From NCBI GenBank assembly GCA_965603825.1, contig CBFDEM010000013.1:806001-870000 (forward strand): DNA of 64,000 nt. The letters run 5' to 3'. The first letter of the stretch is position 1; every line of letters begins with the position of its first letter. Positions 20,471-32,085 of the stretch are shown here, one piece after another. A program made the translations under genes and the position numbers. Origin of the DNA: Blepharisma stoltei ATCC 30299. Its lineage: Eukaryota; Protista; Ciliophora. The notes under the pieces are model-generated. The model searched no databases and was not told the DNA's origin. It saw only the letters and a list, made by a program, of their open reading frames with translations.

Positions 20471-23400
20471 ATGTCAGAGCTTGAAATCCCGTTACTAATT
20501 CCTCAGGCCAGCACAAAATCTATAGGAAACGCAATAGAAACAGAAGGTCTACAACAAATAACCATGCCAGAAGCCACTGAACAAATCCAAAGCATGATAT
20601 CAGAAAAACTGTCAAAAATTCATACATTATTAGATGATCCTCGAGAAATCAAGGTAACTGCTGATGAAAAAGCACTTGTTATCCTATCAGAAAAAGTTTT
20701 AATAGTAATAGATAGAACCACAGGAGAACGAAAAAGTAAAAGTTTGCAAATAGAAAACCCGCAGCATTTAGAATTAATAAAAAGTCAGAATCTTGTAGTT
20801 ATCAATGATAAATCTAGCTCAAAAATATATATTTATCAATTATGAAATTTCGAACAAATAAAAATCCTTGACTGTCACAAATCCAATGTTTCTGGTATTT
20901 TTATAACCCCTGACGATAAATATCTATTTTCCTTAATTGAAGACGATGAAGTAATCAGGTGAAATATCAATAACTTCGGCAAATTCGACGATTTTGCAAG
21001 CGAGCACTATGAAAACGCGACCAGTTCATTTGACAGCAGTTTAATAGCTTTTACCTATAAAAATAAATTAGCAGTTTACTCCATAGAAGCCATTTCAATG
21101 CAAAATGAAAAAGAATTCGATGGAATTATTACACAAATAAAATTTGCAGCATCAAATGATATTATAGTTGTGGCCATTAAACAGTATTTAAGGCTAATAA
21201 ATACAAAGACACTGGAATTTGTACAAGGGATTTTCCCGGAGACTGTTGTCACTTGTATAAGCACATATCCGCATGATGATATTATAATTGCAGGACATAA
21301 AACTGGGGAAATTTCGTTGTTGGATTATAAAAATAATCGTCCTGCGATAAAAATGGCTGTATGCAATACAGCAATATCAAAAATATTTTTAAGTAATAAC
21401 GGCCAAGAAATCTTCACAATGCAAAATGACGATAAAAGGAAATTGACATATACACAATTCCCTCAGCTAGACCTTTGAAAAAAGTTTGAAAGGAGAAAAG
21501 TCTTTGGGTTTACCCCTTCAGGGAAACTTATATTTAAATTTAAAGATCAGCTTTTGACCTCTGATATCTCATTTGACTATATTCAAGAAGTTTACAATGC
21601 AGAAGGGATAAGTAACGTTTTATTCACAAGATACGGAAAAATCATCGTTTCTTGTTTTTTCCAAATTCATGTAATTTACAATGGAGAAGACAAATATATG
21701 GACGACAAAGATATGGAAGAGCCAATTTGTATGAAAATAAACCAAGAAGGCTCATTGCTGTTTACCGGAGGAAAACAAAAAATCAAGGTATGAGACCTCG
21801 AACAAATGATGCTACAAAAAGACTGAAAAGGCCATGAAGAACAAGTTTCATGCTTAATCCTAGCTCAAAATGACTTAAAATTGATATCAGGAAGCCATGA
21901 TAACACTGTAAAAATATGAGACCATAAGAATCATATGCAAACTGGGCTATTAAAAGGCCACACAAGCTGTATTAATGATTTAAAGCTAGCAGAAGATAAA
22001 AATTTGTTAATATCTTCAAGCTCCGATAAGACTATCAGGGTATGAAATTGGCCTCTTGAAACTTTAATTTGCACATTAAACGCGACGGCTGATGTCGTAG
22101 GAATTCATGTGATAAAAAACTGCAAATTTTTGATGTCGGCAAGCGCTGATGGGAGAATTTCGTTTTGAAGCATGAAAAGCTATACCTTAGTTTTCTATAA
22201 CCAAGTGCAAGACCGAGTAAAGAAGTTTTGTGTGTCAGATGATGATAGGTATATGGCTTATTATTTAGGAAATGAAGATAGTTTTTTAATAGGGAATCCT
22301 CTGGTTTCTGAAAATGTGACTGTTTCTGGGCCTTATCATGACTATTATGAGTATCTTTTATATCTCAAAAAAATCATGGCATTAAAAGATATCCCTGAGC
22401 ACAACCCTATGATGGACCAATGGGTAATTTTGCCTCACCTATTAACAGCTCCTCATTTTTACGCCCTAGTCAATTTGCATTCTTACCTAAAACGGTCCTT
22501 AGAATCCGAGTTCAAAGTTGTAGAGTCCTCATTTGGGGAAACCTCTTTATCTATTGCCTTATCTAATAAACATAGAGAATGCAGAAACATAATCATAAAA
22601 GCAATGATAAAAAACTACAAAGGCAACCCTTTTTCCTTATCAAGCTTAACCAAAGAATGCTTTATTGACCTAAACAACGAAGGTTTCAGATTTTTAGTCA
22701 AGCTTTATGACCTGATTTATAGAAGATGCAATGGTTTTAACCTCCCTAAAGAATGTTCTTCTAAAATAGTCACCCCTATTTTTTACCATTCTAATGAGAT
22801 TGTCCCATATCTCAACAATTTTTTTATAGATTCAAATGAAAAAGGGTCAGAAAAACAGATTTTTTTTATGCATTGTATAGTGCCATTTAATACACAGACT
22901 GGGTCACAGGAGAGTATTGATTTTTTAAAAAGCGTGATTGAGTCGCCTAATTCTGATATTTTTAGGACGAAATTTGTGCAGGCAATGCTAAATGATAAAT
23001 GGAAAATGGTCAAATTTTATTGCTACTCACAAGGGCTGCTATATTTGCTATATTTGTTATCTTTAATGTTTTATATTGAATTTTTTATAGGAAATGGAGC
23101 GTTTTTAGCTGTAACCTTTGTATTGAGCATTTTATTGTCGTTCTATGAAATCTATCAAGCAGTCACAGAGCCTATGGACTATATTGAAGACCTATGAAAT
23201 TATATAGACGCCTCAAGAGCTCTCCTTATAATTGCCTATGCCATTATGATTTGGGCTGACGCAGACTATGACAGTTCTTCAACAGTCTTATTATTAGGCT
23301 CATTTTTATCATTTTTAAGAGGAATCACCTATTTTAGACTGTTTACTCCTACAAGATATATGATTACTTTGCTTAAAGAAGTCTTCAAAGACATGCTTTC

Positions 23401-24001
23401 TTTTCTGGTTCTTCTTTATTACTCCACTCTTTCTTTTGCTTTTATTTTCAAAATTATTGATTCCTCAAACCTAGATGGCAGTTTAACTGGATATATTGCA
23501 CAGTCTTATTTACTTGATTTAGGTAACTATGACACTAACACATTTGGAGTGGCCGAATCCATAATTTTCTTTATTGCCACTATGATAAATCCAATTATCA
23601 TGATGAATCTTCTCATATCTATCATAGGTGACACCCACGACCGAGTCCAAGAAGGCTTAGAAGTGGCTGATAACAAAGAGCTTGCCGAAATGATTTTAGA
23701 AATGGAAACACTATTATTCTGGAACAGAAACGTCAAAACTAATATTTATTTACAAACCTGTATGGAAGATGTAATAGTAGAAGGACAAAATTGGTATGGA
23801 AAAGTAAGAGAAATTAAATTGGTTTTAAAACAGATTAAAGACGCACAGTCTAAAGGGTATGAACAAATTTCAGAGGACTCAAAATCGGTTAAAGATAAGA
23901 TCTCTGAGTCAGAAAAGAGGCTGATTCAGGAAAATAAGCAGCTGCAGCAACAAATGGATGAGATGAAAAGAGAAATAGTCAATTTAATTAAAAATAGGTA
24001 A
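20471..24001 (+). CDS. WD40-repeat + ankyrin-like + TRP-like cation channel paralog, 1176 aa (9 TGA=Trp)
   Basis: One frame. TGA sits at the WD position in IKV-W-D, VKI-W-D and IRV-W-N. Also GETSLSIAL, YIEDL-W-NYID, NPIIMMNLLISIIGDTH and a coiled-coil tail. Confidence 0.88.
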
Positions 24002-24048
24002 TATATTTTAAATTCTCTTTCAGAATCCGATTAATTATTAAGAAAATG

Positions 24049-25315
24049 CTACTGCTGACTTAAATCAGTAACATTAAGGCAGTCTTGTATTTGTAGAGCT
24101 TGTGATACAATATACTCAAATTCCTGACACTCCGCGCATGCAAAATTCCTCATCATTGTTTCGTATCGGCTTGCTTTTTGCTGCTTAAACCTTGGTATTT
24201 CTCTTCTAATCAGCAGCAGGCTTATAATTTTATTTATCATTGCAATGCTTTGTAATTCTTTTTCTAAATACTGATGATTTGACTCAGCATTTTTAATATG
24301 GTCTTGTTTGGATTTTGATGAAAATATTTGTGATATCGGTTTTCTCCCTGTATGCATTTTTTGCAATTTTTGTTTTTCAGAGTCAAAATTCCCTTCAGCT
24401 TTGTCTAAAATTTTTTTAAATTCAGATTTCTTTTGGATTGCTTCTATAATACTTTGCTGATCTAGAATTTCAGCTCTTGCCCAGTCTAATAATATATAAA
24501 ACGGATTTGTATAAGTATCTCTAATTTCCACATTTATTTCTCTTCCACCAAATCCATTTGCGTACAATTTATTTACATTTTTTATGCCTTGGATCAGCCC
24601 TGATAATTCTTTATCATAAATCCCAAAATAATCCACGCTGATTTTGCATGAATTTTCGAATTTTTGCAAATTTTCGAGTCCATCCTCAAAAGTGCTCAAC
24701 AATTTTTCTAAATTTCTTTCGTCTTCGTCAGTGACTTTTTGGCTCAAAAATTCCCTAAAAACTGCTTGATAATTTTCAGAAATTTCGTTATAGTCATATT
24801 TTTTACAGTCCCCTGCCAATTTTTTGTAGTCTGATGATCCGCCTCTAATAAAGGTTTGGAATTCTTCTGATCTGTAGAAATAAGGCAGGGAAATAAGTTT
24901 GCATATAAATAAATCAAGCAGCTTTCTTCTCTGCTCAATAAAATTTGGTAAAAAATTACCCTGAATAGAAAATTACAGAAGCTTGTTTTCCTGGCAACTG
25001 AGGAATATAGCATCCAGGCCAATTTCTGACTAATAATTGTCGAAGGGCTCGGAATTCTTTATAGCGCCTTGCGACTTCAAAAATTCCTGTTGAATCACTG
25101 CCTTTGATTGTATAGATGACGTATTTTTTAAATGTGCCTTCTTTTATAATTGGATTGCATACAGAAGCAACGGCATGAAGATCTCGATACTGCTGAATTC
25201 TAGATAAATCTGTCTCTGTGTTTTCTTCAGCTGGCGAGTATAAAAGATTTTCTTTAATCAAGCTCTCTTTAGATTCTTCGTAATTGCCTTTAAAATCAGA
25301 AAGTGGATTTTCCAT
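24049..25315 (-). CDS. Sorting nexin (PX domain + helical BAR-like region), ~416 aa
   Basis: YVIYTIKG...VARRYKEFRALRQLLVRNWPGCYIPQLPGK|GNFLPNFIEQRRKLL after intron 24961-24976. Confidence 0.88.
24961..24976 (-). other. 16-nt spliceosomal intron
   Basis: GTAATTTTCTATTCAG; removal restores the PX-domain frame. Confidence 0.9.
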
Positions 25316-25344
25316 AATAAATTCACCAATTATTAAAAATTACA

Positions 25345-26337
25345 TTAATTTGCTAATGCTAGGCCAATTCGCAATTTTTTGAAGTCAAAAACTGTGTAAA
25401 CTTTTCGTAAAAAGGTGTCTCCAAGAACTATCAAAGGACCTTTAGGAGCTGGGACATCCAATGGCATTAATGCTAGTGAGCATCTATGATGGCTAAAAGT
25501 GACATAATCATATTTTTCAAATGTGTATAGCTCATTACCAATCTGAAACGAAATTTTTGGCAGTAAATCTATATTAGAGCAGTCATGCTTTATATGTAAT
25601 AAAATTGATAAATCTTCTATTAACTCAGAAGGAGCTGCAATAACAGAAGTCCCAGTGTCCAGCACAGCTGGACAATTCCCCCTTTGTGTAATTAAACTTT
25701 GGCAAACCCCTATTGGCATGCCATTGATTTTTATATCCTGCAAAGAAATTTGCCAGTACTCTTTACTCGTCACTGGGTAATAAGTGATATTTCCTAGGAA
25801 TTTTTTATTATTTATTGACCCAATTAGAAGTTCTCCATTATCCCCATCATCTTTTCCAAGAGAAATCGACAAAATATTTTCCGAAAGAATCCCTTTATCT
25901 TTAATTGTTTTCAAAATATTCGGTCATTCCGAATCCTGAGGAATACCCAGCCCTACAATTCCAGCAAACGGCAAAAATTCAAAAATGTTCCCTATTTCTG
26001 AGTTTACAAGGCCAATATTAAGATTTTCTATCATCAGGTCTCCGATTTCAATATTTTCTTTTATCAAATCTCCTTGGATTATCCCGCTTCCATACTCAAC
26101 CTCGAAGCTCATATTTAGCTCTTTTATTGTGTCAGATTTATCAGGATCATATGTTTTATGCTTTTTACATCCTCTTGATGTGCAATATTTTGAGGCAACC
26201 CAGAGGTGGTTTGATCCTGTGTCAAACATAACTTTTATTGTTTGGCCTCCGACTTTAATTTCTCCATAATGCTGTAAGTTTTCATAGTTATAAAGAGGAA
26301 TTCCAATACAAGCTTGTATGAGTAATAAAATTATCAT
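25345..26337 (-). CDS. Pepsin/cathepsin D-like aspartic protease (A1), ~330 aa
   Basis: Signal peptide, FDTGSNHLWV, YGSG flap, VLDTGTS and LGDTFLRKVYTVFD. The two halves join at TGA 25924-25926. Alternative ATG at 26364. Confidence 0.92.
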
Positions 26338-26553
26338 TTCGCTCAAAAAATAATTTCTTTCCATTACTCAATGCAAATTTCCTGTAACTTAAACTCCCAT
26401 AAAGCTTCACCTTAAACAGGGATAGAAAATCCAACCAAAACTCTTAATCCTAGCCAATAAAAATTGCTTAACCCTAGTTCTTTGAAAAAGAAATTTTTCT
26501 CTCTTAAACTTTTAAATCTATATGCATTTATTATAATCATTTAACCTTGGCTC

Positions 26554-27021
26554 TTATCCAATATTGGCTTCTGGTGGGTGATACTTCTTGATATGATTTT
26601 TCATCATGTATTTGTTATAAACCATCATCCCGCATTTAGTGCATCTTACTCTTGTAGACTTGTCATGCACTTGCTTTATATGGAAATTCAAAGCATTTTG
26701 GTGCTTAAATGCTCGGCCACACTGAGTGCATAGTGACGTTTTTTCAAAATGAGTGTGAGCTTTTCCTATATGCTGATGCAGTCCCCGCTTGCCTTGGAAA
26801 CTCATAGAGCAACAAGTATAAGCCAAATCGTCAGGATTTTCGAAGTTCTCTTCAGGCAGAGATGGGATTTCTTGCCCCTGAGAAGAATCCATCAGATTGC
26901 TGAGGTACATCCAATTTAGGCAGATGTACTGAAGCATCGCTGCGATATTCTCGTTTAACTCTTGGAAACTTTTTTGGCTATCATTTTGATGGGTTGGAGA
27001 GCTTGTAAATTTTGAGTCCAT
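26554..27021 (-). CDS. C2H2 zinc-finger protein
   Basis: CCSMSFQGKRGLHQHIGKAH, CTQCGRAFKHQNALNFHIKQVH and CTKCGMMVYNKYMMKNHIKKYH. Confidence 0.85.
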   Translation of the reverse strand: MDSKFTSSPTHQNDSQKSFQELNENIAAMLQYICLNWMYLSNLMDSSQGQEIPSLPEENFENPDDLAYTCCSMSFQGKRGLHQHIGKAHTHFEKTSLCTQCGRAFKHQNALNFHIKQVHDKSTRVRCTKCGMMVYNKYMMKNHIKKYHPPEANIG

Positions 27022-27816
27022 GATTGTCTATTTATAATTATGAGATTTCAGACTGAAAGAAATTTTTGTTGCCCAAGATGGCAGTAGAGATAAATTTATG
27101 TTCGCAGAAACCCATAAAAAGACTTTGGGATTAAAAGAAAGGGCTTGGGATTAGGTTTGTGATTCTGAGAAAAGAAATGTATATTATTGGTATAAGAATT
27201 AAATATAAGCAGATCAATTGAAATTTTACGTGAAAGAATTATGGCTGATTAATTGGGATTGGGAGGTTTTAAAAGTTTTTTTTATGATTCTTAAAATCAA
27301 TATGGAATTTTTTAGGGAGCATCAAGATTAGGTAATAAAATATTTAAAACAAATTAATATGGAAATAGATGATTTAAATTTAAAATTTATTGCAGAAAGC
27401 TACCAATTTAAAAGACTGACTTTGCAACCAATTACTCTTATTAGATAGGTAAAATCTATTAGATTTTTTGCAGAAGATTGACTAAAATTTTTAATTAGTT
27501 CAGTAATAAGTATAATAATACATTAAGAATAAAGCCAATAGATAAATTCTATTGTATATGGCTTAAAAATCTGCATAAACTGAATTATCAGAATTTTATT
27601 GCAAATCTATTGGTTCTAATTTCATAAAAATAGTTTTTCCACTTTCATTCAAAACTTAGACAACTATTACAAAGTAAATTCAACTCTCTGTCTTCATAAT
27701 AAAATTAAATTTTAGCCTAATAAAACCCTTTAATATTTTGCCTTCTTTCTTTACCTTTAAGAACCATATTTAAAAGATATTTATATGATTTTTTATCAAC
27801 CCAGATAATTTTAGTT

Positions 27817-29247
27817 ATGGCTACACAATATATCCAAGGTCTCATTTCAGATGCAAATTTTTCTGAAGAAATTATTGATGCTGTAAAAGGCTCAATGGAT
27901 AACTTATTTTGTGATTTTTCAGAACAAATAAATTCAAATCCCAAATTATTAAATCATGTCAGGCAGAGATTTAAATCGAAACAGCCAAAAATTCAAGCAG
28001 AAGAAACACCTCCAAAGCCAAAGGCTGTAATGGATAAAATAACAAGGGATTTACAGCTTATAGAGCATCATGTAAAAACTGATCTCAATAAAGAATTTAC
28101 AAAAAAGCTTAAAGAAGAAAGACTTGAGCGCGAGCGTCGGCATCGAGAAAGAGAAGAAAAATACACAAAAAAACTTTTAGAAGAAATTGGCTCAAAACAA
28201 AAAGAACGTGAAGAGTTCCAAAAGTTCCAAGAAATGGAAAAACAAAGAAAAATCGAAGAACAAAAGCTAAAAGCTGAAGAAAGAAAAAAAGATATAGAAA
28301 GCAGAAAAGAAATAGGAATAAAAGAATATAAAAAGGTAACAAGCAGCAAGCCTCTATTTAAACAAATGGAAGATAAATTCAATCAACAAGTCCTAATGCC
28401 AGCGCTTGAAAAGAAAAAAGCTGAGCTTGCTAAAAAAAGAATGCTTTTCCAGCCAATAAATCCACAAGAAATATATGAGCATTCCAAAAAAGTCAATGAA
28501 ATTCGTAGAGAACAAGAACAACGCCGCCAAAAAGAAATTATCCAGCGTTCTTTAGAAGAGCAAGTAAATTATTTTTCTAAAAATTTTCAGACACATTTTA
28601 CAGCAGCAGTCATTGAAGAAGACAGAAAAAAACGAGAAGAAGCTGAAAAATCGAAAGGAGATTTAATAAACAGAAAATTAAAAATGATGCAGTACGCAGA
28701 CCTTGTCAAAGAAATGTTCCAACCTACTGTTGACAAAGCTAAACAAGTAGAAATCGAAGAAAGGCTTGAAAAACGAAAAAAACAGAAAAAAATCATAAAT
28801 AAAACTAGTGTAAAAAGCTTTTCAGGGAAAGAGTCAGAAATTGAAAATCAAGAAACTGTCTCTGAAGGGGTTTTAGCGAAGCCGACAAAATGGAAAAAAA
28901 ATCCTTTAAAGATGCCTGAAAAACCGTCCTTGAAAAAAGAATTCGCTAAAATTGATTATTTGGCAGAAATGAGAAAAAATCAAGAAAATCAGGAAAAATT
29001 GGCAGAAAAGCCTGTTAATTGGCAGCGGGAACTGGAAGATGAAAATTTATCAATAGAAGAAAAAGCGAATAGGATCAGACATAAAGCAGAATTAATAGAA
29101 AAAAAGGCGAGGATTCAAGAGTTTAATATAGGCAAGCTGAATCCTCAAAACCAGCAAGGTCTGAAAGCTACAGAGCAGGTAAATGATATGATTATTGAGT
29201 CAATTAAAGCGAAGCTTGCTTTGCTTCAACAAGTAACTGGTAAATAA
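27817..29247 (+). CDS. K/E-rich coiled-coil protein of unknown function
   Basis: 476-aa open frame with a heptad-rich, charged composition. Confidence 0.75.
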   Translation: MATQYIQGLISDANFSEEIIDAVKGSMDNLFCDFSEQINSNPKLLNHVRQRFKSKQPKIQAEETPPKPKAVMDKITRDLQLIEHHVKTDLNKEFTKKLKEERLERERRHREREEKYTKKLLEEIGSKQKEREEFQKFQEMEKQRKIEEQKLKAEERKKDIESRKEIGIKEYKKVTSSKPLFKQMEDKFNQQVLMPALEKKKAELAKKRMLFQPINPQEIYEHSKKVNEIRREQEQRRQKEIIQRSLEEQVNYFSKNFQTHFTAAVIEEDRKKREEAEKSKGDLINRKLKMMQYADLVKEMFQPTVDKAKQVEIEERLEKRKKQKKIINKTSVKSFSGKESEIENQETVSEGVLAKPTKWKKNPLKMPEKPSLKKEFAKIDYLAEMRKNQENQEKLAEKPVNWQRELEDENLSIEEKANRIRHKAELIEKKARIQEFNIGKLNPQNQQGLKATEQVNDMIIESIKAKLALLQQVTGK

Positions 29248-29269
29248 TTTTTAAAATAAAATAAAGCGC

Positions 29270-30544
29270 TTAGCTTACAATACGGAACCCTGAACTGCGA
29301 ATTGGCCTAGCGCCAGGAGTAGACATTCTGGAAGATACTGAAACTTTGTCAGAATTTGGCCTTGACACCTGGGAAATTGGTCTGGAAACCTGTTTTTCGC
29401 TTGTTTGCCGGAATTCTGGGGAAGTTTTATTGAATGAGCTTAGCAAATTTTCAGTTTTCTGGCCATTTTCACTTTGTGCTTGGCTCATCGCTCTCTGCCA
29501 AAGTGACGCAGCTGGCTTAGTTAATGGATCATATAGTTTTTCTGAATCTTTTCCTTGAAAAGCTGCATTATTTATAATATTGTACCCTCTATATCTGGTC
29601 TCCATAAACCTCTCATGCCTGATTCTATTCAGAGTCTGCTCGTTAACTTTATCATCTAAAACCACATCTTTCTCCTTTACCTCTTTTTCATAGTCATATC
29701 TTGCATTATATCTTTGTTTAGCCATTTTCTTTTTCATATCAATTTCCTGCAATCTTTTTTCATCAACTACTCTCATATTAATAGGTTGATACAACGCCCC
29801 CTCACTGTATTTTACCCCATTTGGCAATTTTTCTATTTGGTCTTTTCCATGGACTTTTTCTCTTTCTTCACGGATTTTCTGAAATTCTTCTTCCTTATCT
29901 GGGTCAACGTAGCTTACAGTTACAGGGTCAAAGCTATGGGTTTTCCAAAATAACTCAGCAGCTTGCTGCTTATAAGCTTCTTTATCAATGGTTGATTTTT
30001 CATCATGATGCTGCAGATATCGGTTTGTGATTATATCAAAATCTCTATATTCAACTGCACAAATTTTATAAGTCTGAGGCTTGACTTCAGGCCGTGGAGG
30101 CCGCTGCTCTGGAGGTAAGAAATGATGGTCTGCAAAATCCAGGCACGAAATTATATTGTAATCTGCCTTAGTGTTATTTCCAAGCCTCCTGCGCTTATAG
30201 TCAGGCACTTTTTCTTCAGGGTAGCCTGGAAGTCCTTCTAAGCCTTTTAGCTTACTTTCTAGGTTTACGACATCAAAAGTCTGCTCATAGCGAAGAGCTC
30301 TGTCTTTATTTTTTGCTAAAGTGTCGATAAAACGGTCTTGTTCGATTTCTTGGACTTTTTGTTCAACTTCAGGACTTGTATAGACTTGGAGGATTGGATT
30401 ATAACGACTTTCAAGCTCTCTTATGTCAGAATGCCGGACTCGGACAACAGGAGGAGGGTTAGTTCAGGGAAGGTTGGCTTTTTTGTAGGAGTAGTCCTGC
30501 ATCATTTGTTTCCATTCTTCAGTTGCAGTTTGTTCCATTTGCAT
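29270..30544 (-). CDS. Uncharacterised protein, ~424 aa (repeated Y/F-N/D-I-I motifs; possibly ciliary)
   Basis: The ORF-track piece extends upstream through one TGA to ATG 30544 or 30538. Motifs YNPIL, YNIIS, FDIIT, FDPVT and YNIIN. Confidence 0.7.
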
Positions 30545-30993
30545 TTTGGTTTATATGGTAATATAAAAATTGGATTTATTTGAATATTTGGAATGAAGAG
30601 AAATGAGAAAGAAATTTAGGATGATTTTTTTGGTAAAATAAAAGATTTTTTTGAAAAAATAAGATCATAATAAGTTTTGCTAGAAATTTATTAAAAATAC
30701 ATAGAAAAATTATAAAATGTGAAACAATTTTGTAAATTTTGAGAATTTCCCCAATTTTATTTATGCTTTTGAATAAAAATGATAAGTTTTGTATTATAAA
30801 GACTTGCTGGCTATGAAGATGATACTTTTTATTCCTATATGCAAAAGTGGTCAATATTTACAAGCAAGGGCTTTTTCAGAATATTTTATAATAGAGAAAA
30901 GAATTCCTGTTTAAAATCTAACACAAATATTTGACCTGAAAATTGATAACTTGATACCGTTGAATTGTGGCCTTATAATAGTTAACCATAAAA

Positions 30994-31944
30994 ATGCCAA
31001 AGCGTAAGCGATCAGACACAGAAGATTCTGGAAGAAGACGTCAGTTCCTAGGCAGGTAATGACTAAATAGAGTGGTAAATAGAAGCAAAGTCAAAAAGGT
31101 AGAGCTTCTCTCTATTGGAAAGCTGCAGCTAAAACCAGGCTGGTTTAACGCGGGCTATATTTTCCCTAAAGGCTACTCAGCCAATCTATTCTATAAAGAC
31201 ATTATTAACACAGATCAAAAAGTCTCTTATAATTGTCAGATCGTCGATAACGGAGGAAAACCACTATTTAAGGTCACTTCTAGCAGCCTACAAGAGACCT
31301 TCTCTGGCAAGTCCCCAACAGCTTGTTGAAAGCAAATTTTAGACCGAATCAATGAAACTCTTAAGTCCAAAAAATTGCCTGTCGTCAAAACCCAAGTGGC
31401 TGGACCTGAATATTTTGGCTTAAATGACCCTTTTATTGTGGAGGCTATTGAAAAATTAGACGGAAATAAAAAATGTGAAGTTTATTGGACAGAAAAAGAA
31501 AAAATTTTAAAAGCGAGAGAAGAGTATGAGATGGAAGGAAAAAATTCAGAGAAAAAGCCAAGGAAAAAGAAGAAAATTGAGGATGAAGAACTGGATTTGA
31601 GCAGCGAAATGACATTTAGGGAAGCTTATGGAGGAACATGGTCAGCTATTACAAGGGATGAACGGCATAAAAAGAGGTTAGTTAATATGGGGAAAGAGCC
31701 TGTTATAGAAAATGATGATAATCCTATACCAGACTATGAAGATCCGATTACATTGCAGCCTATTGTGGTGCCTGCTTTGTCGCCTTATGGCCATGTTGCT
31801 GGATATTACTCATGGACTCAGTCACTTAGAGAAACAAATGGACTTTGCCCATTCACAAAATTGCCACTGACAATTGAAAGAATTATCAAGCTGAACAAGC
31901 GAAATTTCCATCTTTATAAGGACTATGTGGATCTTAATAATTAA
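30994..31944 (+). CDS. FYRN/FYRC domain + C-terminal U-box-like protein, ~311 aa
   Basis: NLS-like MPKRKR, intron 31056-31070, YIFPKGY...GKSPTAC-W(TGA)-KQIL...AGPEYFGL (FYR), and DYEDPITLQPIVVPALSPYGH...CPFTKLPL (U-box). Confidence 0.8.
31056..31070 (+). other. 15-nt spliceosomal intron
   Basis: GTAATGACTAAATAG; retention gives an in-frame TAA. Confidence 0.88.
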
Positions 31945-32085
31945 TTCATTTTGGATACATACTATTACCTTCGGATAGACAATTTTCTTTAAAAAAATAA
32001 GCTTTGAATTAATTTTTATCATTTTTTATTGAGATTAAAATTTATATTTCAGTAATCTTTTAGCTTATCACAATTTTATTTCAAC

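Noticed and set aside
12730-24001. Split ORFs read as pseudogenes, or TGA read as selenocysteine
   Set aside because: All interruptions are in-frame TGA at Trp-conserved positions, with no frameshifts and none at catalytic Cys-type sites.
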